Shown: positions 27,513 through 37,351 of the stretch, in pieces
Layout: each line of letters starts with the position of its first letter
Numbering within the stretch: the stretch's first letter is position 1
Virus record (IMG/VR): IMGVR_UViG_3300017792_000001
Location: 104,697 to 168,696 of that record
From: a virus
Taxonomy: Duplodnaviria > Heunggongvirae > Uroviricota > Caudoviricetes
Strand: one strand, 5' to 3'
DNA length: 64,000 nt
Notes under the pieces: model-generated
What the model was told of the DNA's origin: nothing
Database searches by the model: none
Seen by the model: the letters and a program-made list of their open reading frames with translations, nothing else
Translations under genes and position numbers: made by a program

Positions 27513-27923
27513 CTATTTGGTTTGGCGTTTCTGTAGGCGACGGATGCTCATTTCGAGACCCTTGAGCTTTTGTTCCTCGTAACCCAGTTGCTTAACTAGG
27601 CCATCGAGTTTCTCTTGGCTGACAGGCCCGAGCAGCGGCTTGCCTTCCAGTTTCTTGATGTCCAGCTTGAGCATACGAATAACGGACATCTGGTCAGTGC
27701 GTTGCTTTTGGAGCTTCGCAACGTCCACAGTTACCGGTGGTTGACCTGGGCGTTTCTTTGGCGCGGATTGCATCAGTTTCTCCATGAGCGCTTGCCCACG
27801 GGGAGAATGCGGTGAAAGCCCTTGAGCGCGTACAGCGGCACGAACATCAGCAAGTCCATCATCGACGGTCTTGGCTGCTGTGGCTTCAAACGTACCGTCG
27901 AGATAGATGCGAATGGCAGTCAT
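27513..27923 (-). CDS. Basic protein with leader MTAIRIYLDGTFEATAA
   Basis: TGATG overlap with the ligase stop; shared leader. Confidence 0.8.
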   Translation of the reverse strand: MTAIRIYLDGTFEATAAKTVDDGLADVRAAVRAQGLSPHSPRGQALMEKLMQSAPKKRPGQPPVTVDVAKLQKQRTDQMSVIRMLKLDIKKLEGKPLLGPVSQEKLDGLVKQLGYEEQKLKGLEMSIRRLQKRQTK

Positions 27924-29860
27924 CAGGACACCTTGTATTTGGCACGGAATTTATCGACTGTCATCACGGGGATTTTATTCGCCCGTGCAAAGTCCACCTT
28001 GTTATTGCTGGCGTACTCGTCTTTAACAATCAATAAATTAGCAGATTTGGCTGAGGACGCCAGTTTTCCACCTTGTGCAACGATCCACTCGGCCAGTTGT
28101 TTATCACGGACAGAGGTGAATAGGATCGACATACCAACCATTGGGCCTGTTGTGGAGACCTTGCGCTTCTTCGGAGTGATGGGCTTGATGCCAACCTCCT
28201 TCAGGAACTTCTTGAACTTCGGCATCCCGATAGCTACATCACGCGCCAGTTCCTTGAAGCCCTTCACTTGCTGTACCGCACTGATCAACGCAGGACCTTT
28301 CATATCAATGACGCCTGGGATATTGTCGAACACCTCAACAAGGCGTCCCTCACCCAGCTTATCACCGAAGACGCTACTACCCTTGGCGAGCTTCGCCCAG
28401 GTCGCGTTCTTGGCAACTGCAGCCTTGATATTGCGCTCAAGTGTCACGGCCTTGGTGTGCCCGAATCGTGGAATATCTTCGAAGTCATCCTTGGTCGCAT
28501 CCAGAATCGACTTGATGTCGTCGAACCCGTACTCGATCAGCATATCAATGGTACCGCGCTTGATACCGTCCACTTCCAGCGTAGTGAAGAAGTTCATCAG
28601 GGACTTGGCCTTGCGGTCATCCCCGTGCTCACCAGCTTTGTGATAGCGTACACCGTCAGACGTGAATGGAATTGCAGGCTGGGATGGCTTGCGACTCGCA
28701 CGCACTACTTCCACGATGTACGGGATCACGTCACCAGAACGCACACAGCGAATCTCTGCACCGATGTTGATCGGCCGCGGAGCATACGGTGGTTTCTTCT
28801 TCATCTTCAGGCTGTAGCCGTGCTCGATAAAGAAGGCGTTGTGTCCAGTGAAGTGGCGAACAGTCACACCGCCGATACGAGTAGGTGCGATGATGATACG
28901 CGGTACAAGACGGCCGTGGCGCGACTCATTCCACTCGATGTCGATCACCTTACAGACGACAGATGCTTCCAGATCATTGACCTTGAAAGCAAAGGCGTGC
29001 GTTGGGTTCATGCCTTGAACACTGTATGCTGTGTCCCGGGCAACGATCAGTCCATCAATCTCCCGCTTGCTGCGAGCCTTGCGGATCTTCAACAGGTTGG
29101 AGAGAATGGTCTCATTCAACTGGGTGTAGTTCTTGTTCGGAACCACGTCGAAGCCCAGAGACTTGAGATACGCGAACTGCTTACTCGGTGCAACCCGTGC
29201 GTTCTTGCCTGCCATGATTTCGTGCGCGACACAACGCACCTTGGCGACAGCAGGTGTGGCAAGGTTACGGTTGAGCAGACCGCCAGCACCGTTACGGGCA
29301 TTCTCAAACTCACCACCACCAGCTTTGTCGAAGTGCTTCTCGAACGTCTGCTTGGTCATCGTGAACTCGACACGGACGATGAACTCGCCTTTGACTGGAA
29401 CACGCTGCGGGACTTTGAGGGAAGGGATCACACCAGACGAATCAGTACCGATAGTACCGTCACCCCGTTGCAGGGCGCGAGTCAGCACACCGTTTTCATA
29501 CAGCAACTGGAGGCTGATACCGTCTTCTTTATCACTGACGTTGAACGGACCCTTGGACAGGAACTGGTCGAAGCCAGTAGAGCCTGTCTTGATCTTGTTC
29601 ATCGAACCCATCTTCACCGGCAACTTGACACGGCGAGCCGCCTGAGTGGGTTTGCTCCCGACACGGGCGTATGGCTTCTTACTGCGTTCGTCGTAAACGT
29701 CGCGCAGGATGTTGTACACGTCATCAGCGATCTGTGCCGCGTTCTGATCGTGGTACTGGTAATCGAATTCTTGCAGGACTTTCCGAAGTGCGGTGAGGGT
29801 CATCCCCTCAACCGCCTTTCTTGGATTCCTTTTGATTGCCTTAAGGAGAGTAGTGTCCAT
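27923..29860 (-). CDS. ligA: NAD-dependent DNA ligase
   Basis: MGSMNKIK, KEDG (KxDG), TRALQRGDG, NARNGAGG, IDGLIV, AFAFK, OB fold, HhH and C-terminal BRCT. Confidence 0.95.
   Translation of the reverse strand: MDTTLLKAIKRNPRKAVEGMTLTALRKVLQEFDYQYHDQNAAQIADDVYNILRDVYDERSKKPYARVGSKPTQAARRVKLPVKMGSMNKIKTGSTGFDQFLSKGPFNVSDKEDGISLQLLYENGVLTRALQRGDGTIGTDSSGVIPSLKVPQRVPVKGEFIVRVEFTMTKQTFEKHFDKAGGGEFENARNGAGGLLNRNLATPAVAKVRCVAHEIMAGKNARVAPSKQFAYLKSLGFDVVPNKNYTQLNETILSNLLKIRKARSKREIDGLIVARDTAYSVQGMNPTHAFAFKVNDLEASVVCKVIDIEWNESRHGRLVPRIIIAPTRIGGVTVRHFTGHNAFFIEHGYSLKMKKKPPYAPRPINIGAEIRCVRSGDVIPYIVEVVRASRKPSQPAIPFTSDGVRYHKAGEHGDDRKAKSLMNFFTTLEVDGIKRGTIDMLIEYGFDDIKSILDATKDDFEDIPRFGHTKAVTLERNIKAAVAKNATWAKLAKGSSVFGDKLGEGRLVEVFDNIPGVIDMKGPALISAVQQVKGFKELARDVAIGMPKFKKFLKEVGIKPITPKKRKVSTTGPMVGMSILFTSVRDKQLAEWIVAQGGKLASSAKSANLLIVKDEYASNNKVDFARANKIPVMTVDKFRAKYKVS
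28034..28040 (-). promoter_or_regulatory. TAATTTA motif embedded in the ligase 3' end, upstream of the basic-protein cluster
   Basis: Lies in an AT-rich codon run (GCT AAT TTA TTG ATT GTT AAA) atypical for this gene. Confidence 0.45.
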
Positions 29861-29868
29861 AGTTCTCA

Positions 29869-31095
29869 CTAGTCGTGAATGGAGCCAACGGTAAACGTCT
29901 TATTCTTTACAGCTCCATTCAAAGCCCGTTTGCCAGCAGCCAAGTCCGACTTACTCGCTTCACCCTTGGAAATCACAGACTTGTACTTCGCCATGTCTTG
30001 ATCATTCGGGATGCGGAGAATGCGGACGTCCTTCTTCTTGATGTTAAACAGAGCGAACTCCGTGTAACCTTCGCGTGCAGTCGAATCAACAACCACAAAC
30101 TCGTTTTCTGGACGTTTGGAACTTTGAATCAGAGAGCCTACCTTCAGGACCTGTACTGGCTGGTGCGCAGTTGGCACAACAGATGGAGTTGAAGCTGCCG
30201 GTTCTTCCGACACATCCTCTTCATCGTCATTCCAGTCATCAGCTTCGTCAGGGAGTTCATCGTGCGGACTTGCACCCTGGGTCTTGGCAACATCATGACC
30301 GAGACGACGGCGCAGACGCTCCGCTGCCGACTCAGGCTTGGGTTTGTCGCGTACATCTGGTTCTGGTTCTTTTGGCTTACGCACCCGAGTCTGTTTCGGC
30401 AGATTGGCTTTGATGTCCGCGAGGATCACGATGCCTTTCTGCTGCTTGCTCGACGGCAAGATACGGGTGTGGCCCAGCAATTGCTTGTACGTGTCGTCGT
30501 GGATGTTCACACGCTGCCCATCAGGGAGAATGATGAACCCGCCACGGGCTTTGGTCATGTAGCGAACGCCAATCACATCGTCCTGTTGCAGAGTGTACTT
30601 GGTACGCCCTTGCTTCATGGTCTGGATCTTGGTGCCTGCATGAACGACCTTGCGCCACTGGTAGTTCTCACGATTGTACTGGGTTGTCTCACGCACAGGG
30701 CCGGTCGGCTTATACAAGTCGTCGCTCTGTTTGTCAGACTCCGCACGCTCACGAATACGAACCTTGCTGGTGCGCTTCTTGTTCTCAGGCAACACATCAT
30801 GCGTGGGCACTTTGCCCTTGTACGGCTTGAGGTTCGGCATGATCTTGTCGATCATCTTCTGCGGCACACTGCGGAACAGCACATGAACTGCATGCCCGAG
30901 AACTACACGGTACTTACCAACACTTGGACCGCGAGCTGGCATCGCGAGTGCTACCAGCTCTCCTGGGTTGATGACAAGCGGGTGTTTCTGGTTGAACTGC
31001 TTGTCAACGCCCAGCTTTACAATCTTTGGTCCATTGTAGGTATACCAGTCCATAGCCTCAAGGTCTTTAACCTTAGCTTCGGCATACCATAGCAT
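29869..31095 (-). CDS. Hypothetical protein
   Basis: 408-aa ORF; beta-rich basic domains separated by an acidic linker. Confidence 0.7.
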   Translation of the reverse strand: MLWYAEAKVKDLEAMDWYTYNGPKIVKLGVDKQFNQKHPLVINPGELVALAMPARGPSVGKYRVVLGHAVHVLFRSVPQKMIDKIMPNLKPYKGKVPTHDVLPENKKRTSKVRIRERAESDKQSDDLYKPTGPVRETTQYNRENYQWRKVVHAGTKIQTMKQGRTKYTLQQDDVIGVRYMTKARGGFIILPDGQRVNIHDDTYKQLLGHTRILPSSKQQKGIVILADIKANLPKQTRVRKPKEPEPDVRDKPKPESAAERLRRRLGHDVAKTQGASPHDELPDEADDWNDDEEDVSEEPAASTPSVVPTAHQPVQVLKVGSLIQSSKRPENEFVVVDSTAREGYTEFALFNIKKKDVRILRIPNDQDMAKYKSVISKGEASKSDLAAGKRALNGAVKNKTFTVGSIHD

Positions 31096-31098
31096 GAC

Positions 31099-32049
31099 TT
31101 ACTCCAATGGCAGTACGGTGAACGACAAGTGAATGTCGGTTGTTGCAGCGCCTTCGTTCGTCGCCGTGATGTACATCTTCGGATCAGCAACATCCGAAGC
31201 GGCAAACAAAGCGTAGCGACGCTGACGACTGACATCACCGTTCTCAGCTACCGAAGTGCCGTCATCATGCAACATGGCAGGCGCAGAACGGAAGGCATAC
31301 GGGTTGGTGTCGTTGTACGCGCTCGTGGTGTGAATCGTGATCAGTACGTCTGGTACATCGACGCCCAGCTCTACGACCATTACCGATGCGCTTGGGATGT
31401 CAACGACTTGAGTTGCGGTACCGTCAGCAGGCACACCAGCAAACAACGCGCCGAGCATGGTACGCATCTTGTTGCCGCCGGAGACTTGACCCCACTCGGG
31501 ACCGTCTGGACCGAGAACGACAGCAGAACCTTCGCTAACGCCATCAGTCGGAGGCAGACCAGTAACAGGTCCCCAGATCAGGTCTTTGTTGGCATCGAGA
31601 ATCAACGCCCAACCTTTCTGCGCATTCGCACGGGAAGGGAGTGGCTCAAACTCTTGCCAGATCGGACCGTTCGGACCAGCCAGCAGCACGAACCCTTCTT
31701 CCTCGTCCACGATGATTGGGACGATGCGCTTCTCGTCGATAGAAACTTCGGACTTGCCGTCCTTAATCTCCATCTTGAGTGGATCTTTCCACACGAAGTT
31801 GACGTACTTGGTGACGTCGAACGGCTTCCATGCGGCAGCGCCAGCAACTACTGCATCAGGCAGCCAGTAGATGTTCTGGTCTTCGCGCACATAGCAGAGC
31901 ATGCCCTGTTTCCGTGCAGCGGTTTTGATGGCGTCACGCTCAGCGATAGTCGCTACCGAGCGGTAACCACCCTTCTGGTAAACGTCTTCGAGGATATACG
32001 GAATACTCGCCGACGTCGGAATGAAAAACGCGGAAGCGTAGATGGGCAT
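31099..32049 (-). CDS. Fibre/whisker-like structural protein
   Basis: GGYRSVATIAERDAI...GMLCYVRE motif typical of phage fibre N-termini; three short G.VL..G..W repeats. Confidence 0.6.
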   Translation of the reverse strand: MPIYASAFFIPTSASIPYILEDVYQKGGYRSVATIAERDAIKTAARKQGMLCYVREDQNIYWLPDAVVAGAAAWKPFDVTKYVNFVWKDPLKMEIKDGKSEVSIDEKRIVPIIVDEEEGFVLLAGPNGPIWQEFEPLPSRANAQKGWALILDANKDLIWGPVTGLPPTDGVSEGSAVVLGPDGPEWGQVSGGNKMRTMLGALFAGVPADGTATQVVDIPSASVMVVELGVDVPDVLITIHTTSAYNDTNPYAFRSAPAMLHDDGTSVAENGDVSRQRRYALFAASDVADPKMYITATNEGAATTDIHLSFTVLPLE

Positions 32050-32060
32050 AACAGAACTCC

Positions 32061-32090
32061 AAAGAAGGGAGAGTCCGAAGACCCTCCCCT
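32061..32090 (-). terminator. Intrinsic terminator
   Basis: GGGAGGGTC-TTCG-GACTCTCCC-TTCTTT. Confidence 0.8.
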
Positions 32091-32100
32091 ATGATGAACC

Positions 32101-35100
32101 TTACAAGTAACGAACCTTGAAGGTGACGCTGCCCAGGCTTTCATAGTCCGTACGATAGATCGTCCAGGTCTGAACACCATTGCCATCATGGCAGTCGTAC
32201 TGAACATCAATACCGTCGAAGTTGTCTCCTTGTTCACCCTCTGGAGTCCAAGTGATACCGCCGAAACCGCCGTCGATATTGATCGCTTGGTCAGTGAACG
32301 TGGCTTTACCCAGCGACTTCAACGCCATGAAGTAACCGTATTGCGCTTCACCCAGGTCAATGGTAAATGCTTCACCACTGTTGTTGGATGGGAGCAAGTG
32401 GGTCATCACTTTGTCAGCGAAGTCCTGAATGCCAGTCCAGTGGGTGTACGGCTTGTCGTAGTTCGGGTCGGTCGCAACCTTGCCGCCAGTGAAGTCCGTA
32501 TCGGAGAACATCGCAGCACCCCAACGAGCATTGTTGCTGCCCGCGACAACTGGTGCAGTGACCTTCAGGTTGATGGTCTTCGTCTTGGTCACACCCTTGA
32601 GCGTGTAAGAGAAGGTCAACACGGTGTCGGTATTCGCCGTGACAGAAGCAGCATCGAAGCGGCCTTTCGTCACAGTGGAGAACGTACCAGCAGCCGGAAC
32701 GCTCGACGCGAATGTTGCATCGGCGGTGACAGTAGCGTCAGTGCCGTCGTCGAAGTTCGCTTTCACCACGTAGATGCCGTTACCACCAGAGACAATCGAC
32801 ACTGGACCAGTTACGGTGATGTCGGTCATAGCTACTGCCTTGAGAGCGGTAACAGTCTTGTCTTTGGTCACTGTGATGCCTGCCGCGGTGTAGCTTGCGG
32901 TGATCTTCACAGCGGTTTCAGCGTTCAAGTTGGCAGCAACGGTCAGCACGCCAGCGGTAGTCAGTGTTGCCACGGACGAGGAGGCATCAGTGCTGTACTC
33001 AGCGGTGACATCAATAACCGACGAATCGGTCATGGTGACTTTCGCGGTGTACGTTGCAGACACACCAGCTTTCACGGTGTCAGCACCAGCAATTGCGATG
33101 CTCACTGGAACAGGTACAACGGTCAGGGCGACAGACTTCGTGCCGTTGACAGTCTTACCGAATTCCGTGTAGCTGTACTTCACGGTGATGTTGCGGTTTG
33201 AACCACCAGGCTTCTGGTTCGCAGTGAACAGACCGGCAGCGTTGATAGTACCAACGTTGTCAGACTGGCTCACTCCATCAACGCCCCATGTGCCGGCTGG
33301 CGAGGAGTTTTTGGTGCCATCGAGGTACGTGACTTCGACAGTGTACTGCGCAGTGCCAGGACCAGCACCAACCGACGACGACACAGTGTTCGGACCAGAG
33401 ATGGTTACCGATGCTGGGTAGTTCGTGGTGTCATGAACAGCAATGACTTTGGTTGCCGATACTTTGCGACCGTCCAGCGTGTACTCACCGGTCAGCGTGG
33501 TGTTGATGTTTGCACCCGACTTGTTCTCTACAGCAGTGAACAGGCCTTCGGAGTTGATCGAACCGCCAGTCGTGGTGTTGCTCGACGACCAGACAGCAGG
33601 CATGACGACAGTGGTGTCATCGTCGAACGTCACGCGCAACTCGTACTGCGAGGTTTGCAGCGAATCAACCACAGCAGCACCGGTGATCACGGCAGATTTC
33701 GGATACACAGTGGCATCCAGAACCTTGACGGTCTTATCAGCACTTACGCGGATACCTTCGCTCTCATACGAGGCGCTGACGATAGTGGTGCCATCGGCAG
33801 TCAGGTTCGCGGCAGCAACGAAGTCACCAGTCGACTGGTTGATAACGCCAACCAGCGGAGCAGACGACGACCAGTCCAACACACCCACGAGAGCATCGCT
33901 GCCATCGGTGAACGTCACACGCAGGTTGTAGGCAGCAGTTTCGCCTTCTTCAACCGTTGCAGGACCTTCGATGATCGCGCTCACTGGGTAGTTCGTGGCG
34001 TCGGTCACGGTGATGTTGAGTTCTGCACCAACGGTACGCCCAACAGCGGTGTACGATGCAGTGATCTTGGTCAGCGCGTTGCCAGTAACGTCGAGTGCAG
34101 AGAACGCACCGGTGTTCGCGTCGATGGTACCAGTGCTCACCACAGTCGATGCCCAGTTGGTAACAGGCACGATTGCTTTCGAGGCATTGGTGAAGGTAAC
34201 TTCCAGCTGATACGTCTGGCTGGTGTTCTCCATGACCGAGTTCGGACCGATGATGCGAGCGCTCGCAGGATACACGGTGGTATCTTTGATTGCCACGGTC
34301 TTCGCAGTTGCGGTAACAGTCTTGCCGTCCAGCGTGTACGACGCAGTGATCGAGGCGTTGGTGTTCGCGTCAACGTTCGCAGGTGCAGTTACGCGGCCGC
34401 TGGTGTTGATTGCTGCACCGTTACCACCAGTGATGCCCCAGACAGCGGTGCGGTTGGCGGTAGTACCGTCGGTGAAGGTAACTGCCAGAGTGTAGTCAGC
34501 AGTGGTGCCCTCGTCGATGGTTGCAGGCCCGTTGATCACAGCAGACACTGGGTAGTTCGTGGTGTCACGAACAGTAACCGCCAGGTCAGCAGACATGGTG
34601 CGACCGAACTTGGTGAACGAGGCGCTGATCGTGGTCGTACCGTTGGCCAGCAGGTTCGTTGCAGCGGTGATAACACCGTTGACGGCACCGATGGTTGCAG
34701 CAGCAGTGTTCGACGACGCCCAGTTGGTAACAGGCTCCATGACCTTGGTGCCGTCGAGATACGTGACCTCGAAGGTTGCGGTCTGGGTACCAGCTTCGTT
34801 CATCTGCGCAGCAGCGACAACACGTGCCGATACTGGGTAGTTGGTCACGTCCTTGATGGTGACGTTGAAGTCTGCGTTTACGGTTACGCCGTATGCGGTG
34901 TAGCTCGCAGACAGCTTACCAGTAGTATCAGCAGGAACATCAGCAGCCGCAACCAGTTGCCCGGTGGTGGAGTTGATGGTGCCGACAGCAGCATTGTCCA
35001 ACGTCCAGTTCGATACGCTCACGACAGCGACAGTATCATCGGTGAAGGTAACGCGGAACTGATACTGCGACGCGGTGTTCTCGTTGATCGCAGCCGAACC

Positions 35101-36678
35101 CAAGATGACGGCACTGCGAGGATACACGGTGGTGTCCTTGACAGTGATCTGCTTGGTGCCGGAGACAGTACGGCCTTCGAGCGTGTAGCTGGCGCTCAGA
35201 GTCGTGGACTTGTCTTCGAACAGGTTGGTGGTTGCAGTGAACTCACCAGTCGTTGCGTTGATCGAACCAGCTTCTGCGTCCGAGGTTGCCCAGTCGGTAA
35301 CAGGAACATCGACTTGGGTACCGTTGGTGTACGTCACGCGCAGCACGAAGCCGATCGTGGTGTTTTCGTCAACGGTGTTCGGACCGACGATCACGGCGTT
35401 CGCTGGGTACACGGTCAGGTCGTGCGCTTTAACCGTCAGACTTGCGTCCTTGGTAACGCCGTTGAACAGGTACGTTGCAGCAATCACAGTGGTCTGGTCA
35501 GTGGTCAACTCACCAACTTCGAGCACGCCAGAGGCAGGATCGAATTCACCAGCGCCAGGGTTCGACGAGGTGAAGGTGGTTGGGGTCACACCGCTGTTGG
35601 TGTCGTTGTCGAAGTAGGCAGTCACGCTGTACGTGGCTACGCTGTTTTCTTCAACTTCGGTCACGCCCACGATTTCGATGCGCAGCAGGTTGACCTTCAC
35701 GGTGACATCTTTGACCAGCACGTCAACGTAGGCAACTTGCAGCACGCCGCTATCTGGATGAGTCCAGCGGGCTTCAACACGGACAGTTTCGTCCTGGTCG
35801 ATGTCGAGCGACTGGAAGATACCAGTGCTTGCACCGATGCTCGCGTACTGACCGTTACCGATCACTGCCCAGGTTACAGGCACGTTGACCAGCTTGTTGC
35901 CGTCGTCGAATTCAGCGTCCGCCTTGAAGGTGAACGACATGGTCTCGTCGATGGTCAGGTCAGTTGGACCTTTGATGGTCAAGCCAGTGAAGACTGGACC
36001 GTCATACGCGATGTCAGCAGCAACAGGGTAACGCCATACAGCGTTCCAGGTTCCTTCGAGAGCACCAGGGCCAGTCACTGCGAGGATTTGCCCCGGCAGC
36101 GGACTGTTCGATGCGCTGAACTTGCTGATCCACGCGTTGATACCAGCAGCACCGCGCATCATGGTGATCGGCGCTTTCGGGTGGGTATGCGGCAGCGGAG
36201 TACGCGCGTTGCTCATGCGTGCGTCGTTGTCACCAACTACCACAGGCGCACTTGCATCAGGCGTGTATTCACGGTTGAGTCGCACAAGACCACGCACTTC
36301 GGTGGTAGCAGCGCCGACTTGCGGTACTTCTACTTCACCGAGATTGAAGCCAGCAGACACGTCCCAGTACTGGGCTTCTGCGAGCAGCAATTCATACGTG
36401 GTCACTTCTTGCCAAGTGTTGCGGTACGCAAGCGATGGATCGAGCGTGGTACGGCGCAGCACTTTCTTGTAATCAGCGCTGTTTGGATCAGCAACGATCC
36501 AGCTGACGTTGAAGGGCAGAGTGACGTTGTTTGGTTCCAAGACGGCAACGACAACGATCAGGTTCTCCCCGTTCAACAACGGAATGCGCACAGGAATTGG
36601 GTTTTCCTTTGCCAGGTTCCGATAATCAGCAAGCGCCATTGCCCGGGTTACGAACTCGGACAGAGTTGGCGTAGGCAT
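32101..36678 (-). CDS. 1525-aa virion protein with 12 Ig-like repeats and the shared C-terminal domain
   Basis: Twelve ~95-aa repeats (YPxSAxIxGP...SASYT..G); N-terminus paralogous to 36693-37340. Confidence 0.85.
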   Translation of the reverse strand: MPTPTLSEFVTRAMALADYRNLAKENPIPVRIPLLNGENLIVVVAVLEPNNVTLPFNVSWIVADPNSADYKKVLRRTTLDPSLAYRNTWQEVTTYELLLAEAQYWDVSAGFNLGEVEVPQVGAATTEVRGLVRLNREYTPDASAPVVVGDNDARMSNARTPLPHTHPKAPITMMRGAAGINAWISKFSASNSPLPGQILAVTGPGALEGTWNAVWRYPVAADIAYDGPVFTGLTIKGPTDLTIDETMSFTFKADAEFDDGNKLVNVPVTWAVIGNGQYASIGASTGIFQSLDIDQDETVRVEARWTHPDSGVLQVAYVDVLVKDVTVKVNLLRIEIVGVTEVEENSVATYSVTAYFDNDTNSGVTPTTFTSSNPGAGEFDPASGVLEVGELTTDQTTVIAATYLFNGVTKDASLTVKAHDLTVYPANAVIVGPNTVDENTTIGFVLRVTYTNGTQVDVPVTDWATSDAEAGSINATTGEFTATTNLFEDKSTTLSASYTLEGRTVSGTKQITVKDTTVYPRSAVILGSAAINENTASQYQFRVTFTDDTVAVVSVSNWTLDNAAVGTINSTTGQLVAAADVPADTTGKLSASYTAYGVTVNADFNVTIKDVTNYPVSARVVAAAQMNEAGTQTATFEVTYLDGTKVMEPVTNWASSNTAAATIGAVNGVITAATNLLANGTTTISASFTKFGRTMSADLAVTVRDTTNYPVSAVINGPATIDEGTTADYTLAVTFTDGTTANRTAVWGITGGNGAAINTSGRVTAPANVDANTNASITASYTLDGKTVTATAKTVAIKDTTVYPASARIIGPNSVMENTSQTYQLEVTFTNASKAIVPVTNWASTVVSTGTIDANTGAFSALDVTGNALTKITASYTAVGRTVGAELNITVTDATNYPVSAIIEGPATVEEGETAAYNLRVTFTDGSDALVGVLDWSSSAPLVGVINQSTGDFVAAANLTADGTTIVSASYESEGIRVSADKTVKVLDATVYPKSAVITGAAVVDSLQTSQYELRVTFDDDTTVVMPAVWSSSNTTTGGSINSEGLFTAVENKSGANINTTLTGEYTLDGRKVSATKVIAVHDTTNYPASVTISGPNTVSSSVGAGPGTAQYTVEVTYLDGTKNSSPAGTWGVDGVSQSDNVGTINAAGLFTANQKPGGSNRNITVKYSYTEFGKTVNGTKSVALTVVPVPVSIAIAGADTVKAGVSATYTAKVTMTDSSVIDVTAEYSTDASSSVATLTTAGVLTVAANLNAETAVKITASYTAAGITVTKDKTVTALKAVAMTDITVTGPVSIVSGGNGIYVVKANFDDGTDATVTADATFASSVPAAGTFSTVTKGRFDAASVTANTDTVLTFSYTLKGVTKTKTINLKVTAPVVAGSNNARWGAAMFSDTDFTGGKVATDPNYDKPYTHWTGIQDFADKVMTHLLPSNNSGEAFTIDLGEAQYGYFMALKSLGKATFTDQAINIDGGFGGITWTPEGEQGDNFDGIDVQYDCHDGNGVQTWTIYRTDYESLGSVTFKVRYL

Positions 36679-36692
36679 AGGTCAATCTCCAA

Positions 36693-37340
36693 TCAGTTCT
36701 GTTGGATATCCGAGGTGGTCAGCTTACGCCAGATAGCCGTGGTCGCGGACGTTGCAACGATAGTCGCACCAGCAACCGGAGCTTCGCTACCGCCGATGGT
36801 AACAACACCAGTGGCAGTCTTGAGCTGGGTAGCAGGAATCTCGTCGTGGGTGTGAGCAGTCGGCGGACGCGCATCGCTGAGACGCGGATCACCTTCGGCC
36901 ACCGCAATCGGGTTGCTCGATACTTCGGGTTTAACCGAGAGACGGGCAACACCCATGACGCTGATCGACGCAGCAGGCACCGGCGCTTGAGTAGACAGCA
37001 GCGCGGTATCGGCATCATCGTAGACCTGGACGACAAACACCTCGTCGTACTTCTCGATGATTTCCCAGGTGTGGTCGCGACCAGTAACTGGGTCCGGAGT
37101 CTTCGACACGCGGCGCAGGGCTTTGCGATAGTTCAGCGACAGTGGATCGAAGTCGACCCAAGTCACGTTGAGCGGCAGGATCAGGGTGCTCGGCTCTTTC
37201 TGAGCACAAGCAATGGCTGCCACGGTTTTGTTGGTCGGGTGCGAGATACGAACCACCAGAGGGTTCAGCGCATCCATGTTCTGGAGGTTAGTCAGACCTT
37301 CCAGATCGTCGATCAATTGGTCAAGGCGAAGTTCGGACAT
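36693..37340 (-). CDS. Short paralog of the N-terminal domain of the Ig-repeat protein
   Basis: Shared NP..VRI, EP..L.LP.NV.W, Y.K.LRR and D.R.S.AR.P..HTH motifs. Confidence 0.8.
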   Translation of the reverse strand: MSELRLDQLIDDLEGLTNLQNMDALNPLVVRISHPTNKTVAAIACAQKEPSTLILPLNVTWVDFDPLSLNYRKALRRVSKTPDPVTGRDHTWEIIEKYDEVFVVQVYDDADTALLSTQAPVPAASISVMGVARLSVKPEVSSNPIAVAEGDPRLSDARPPTAHTHDEIPATQLKTATGVVTIGGSEAPVAGATIVATSATTAIWRKLTTSDIQQN

Positions 37341-37351
37341 TTCAGAGCCTC

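Noticed and set aside
33433-36855. Very long plus-strand ORFs (also 45446-48640, 49952-52222, 28268-29872, 37388-39067 and others)
   Set aside because: Antisense shadows of motif-rich minus-strand genes; they lack motifs and RBSs and are explained by codon bias.
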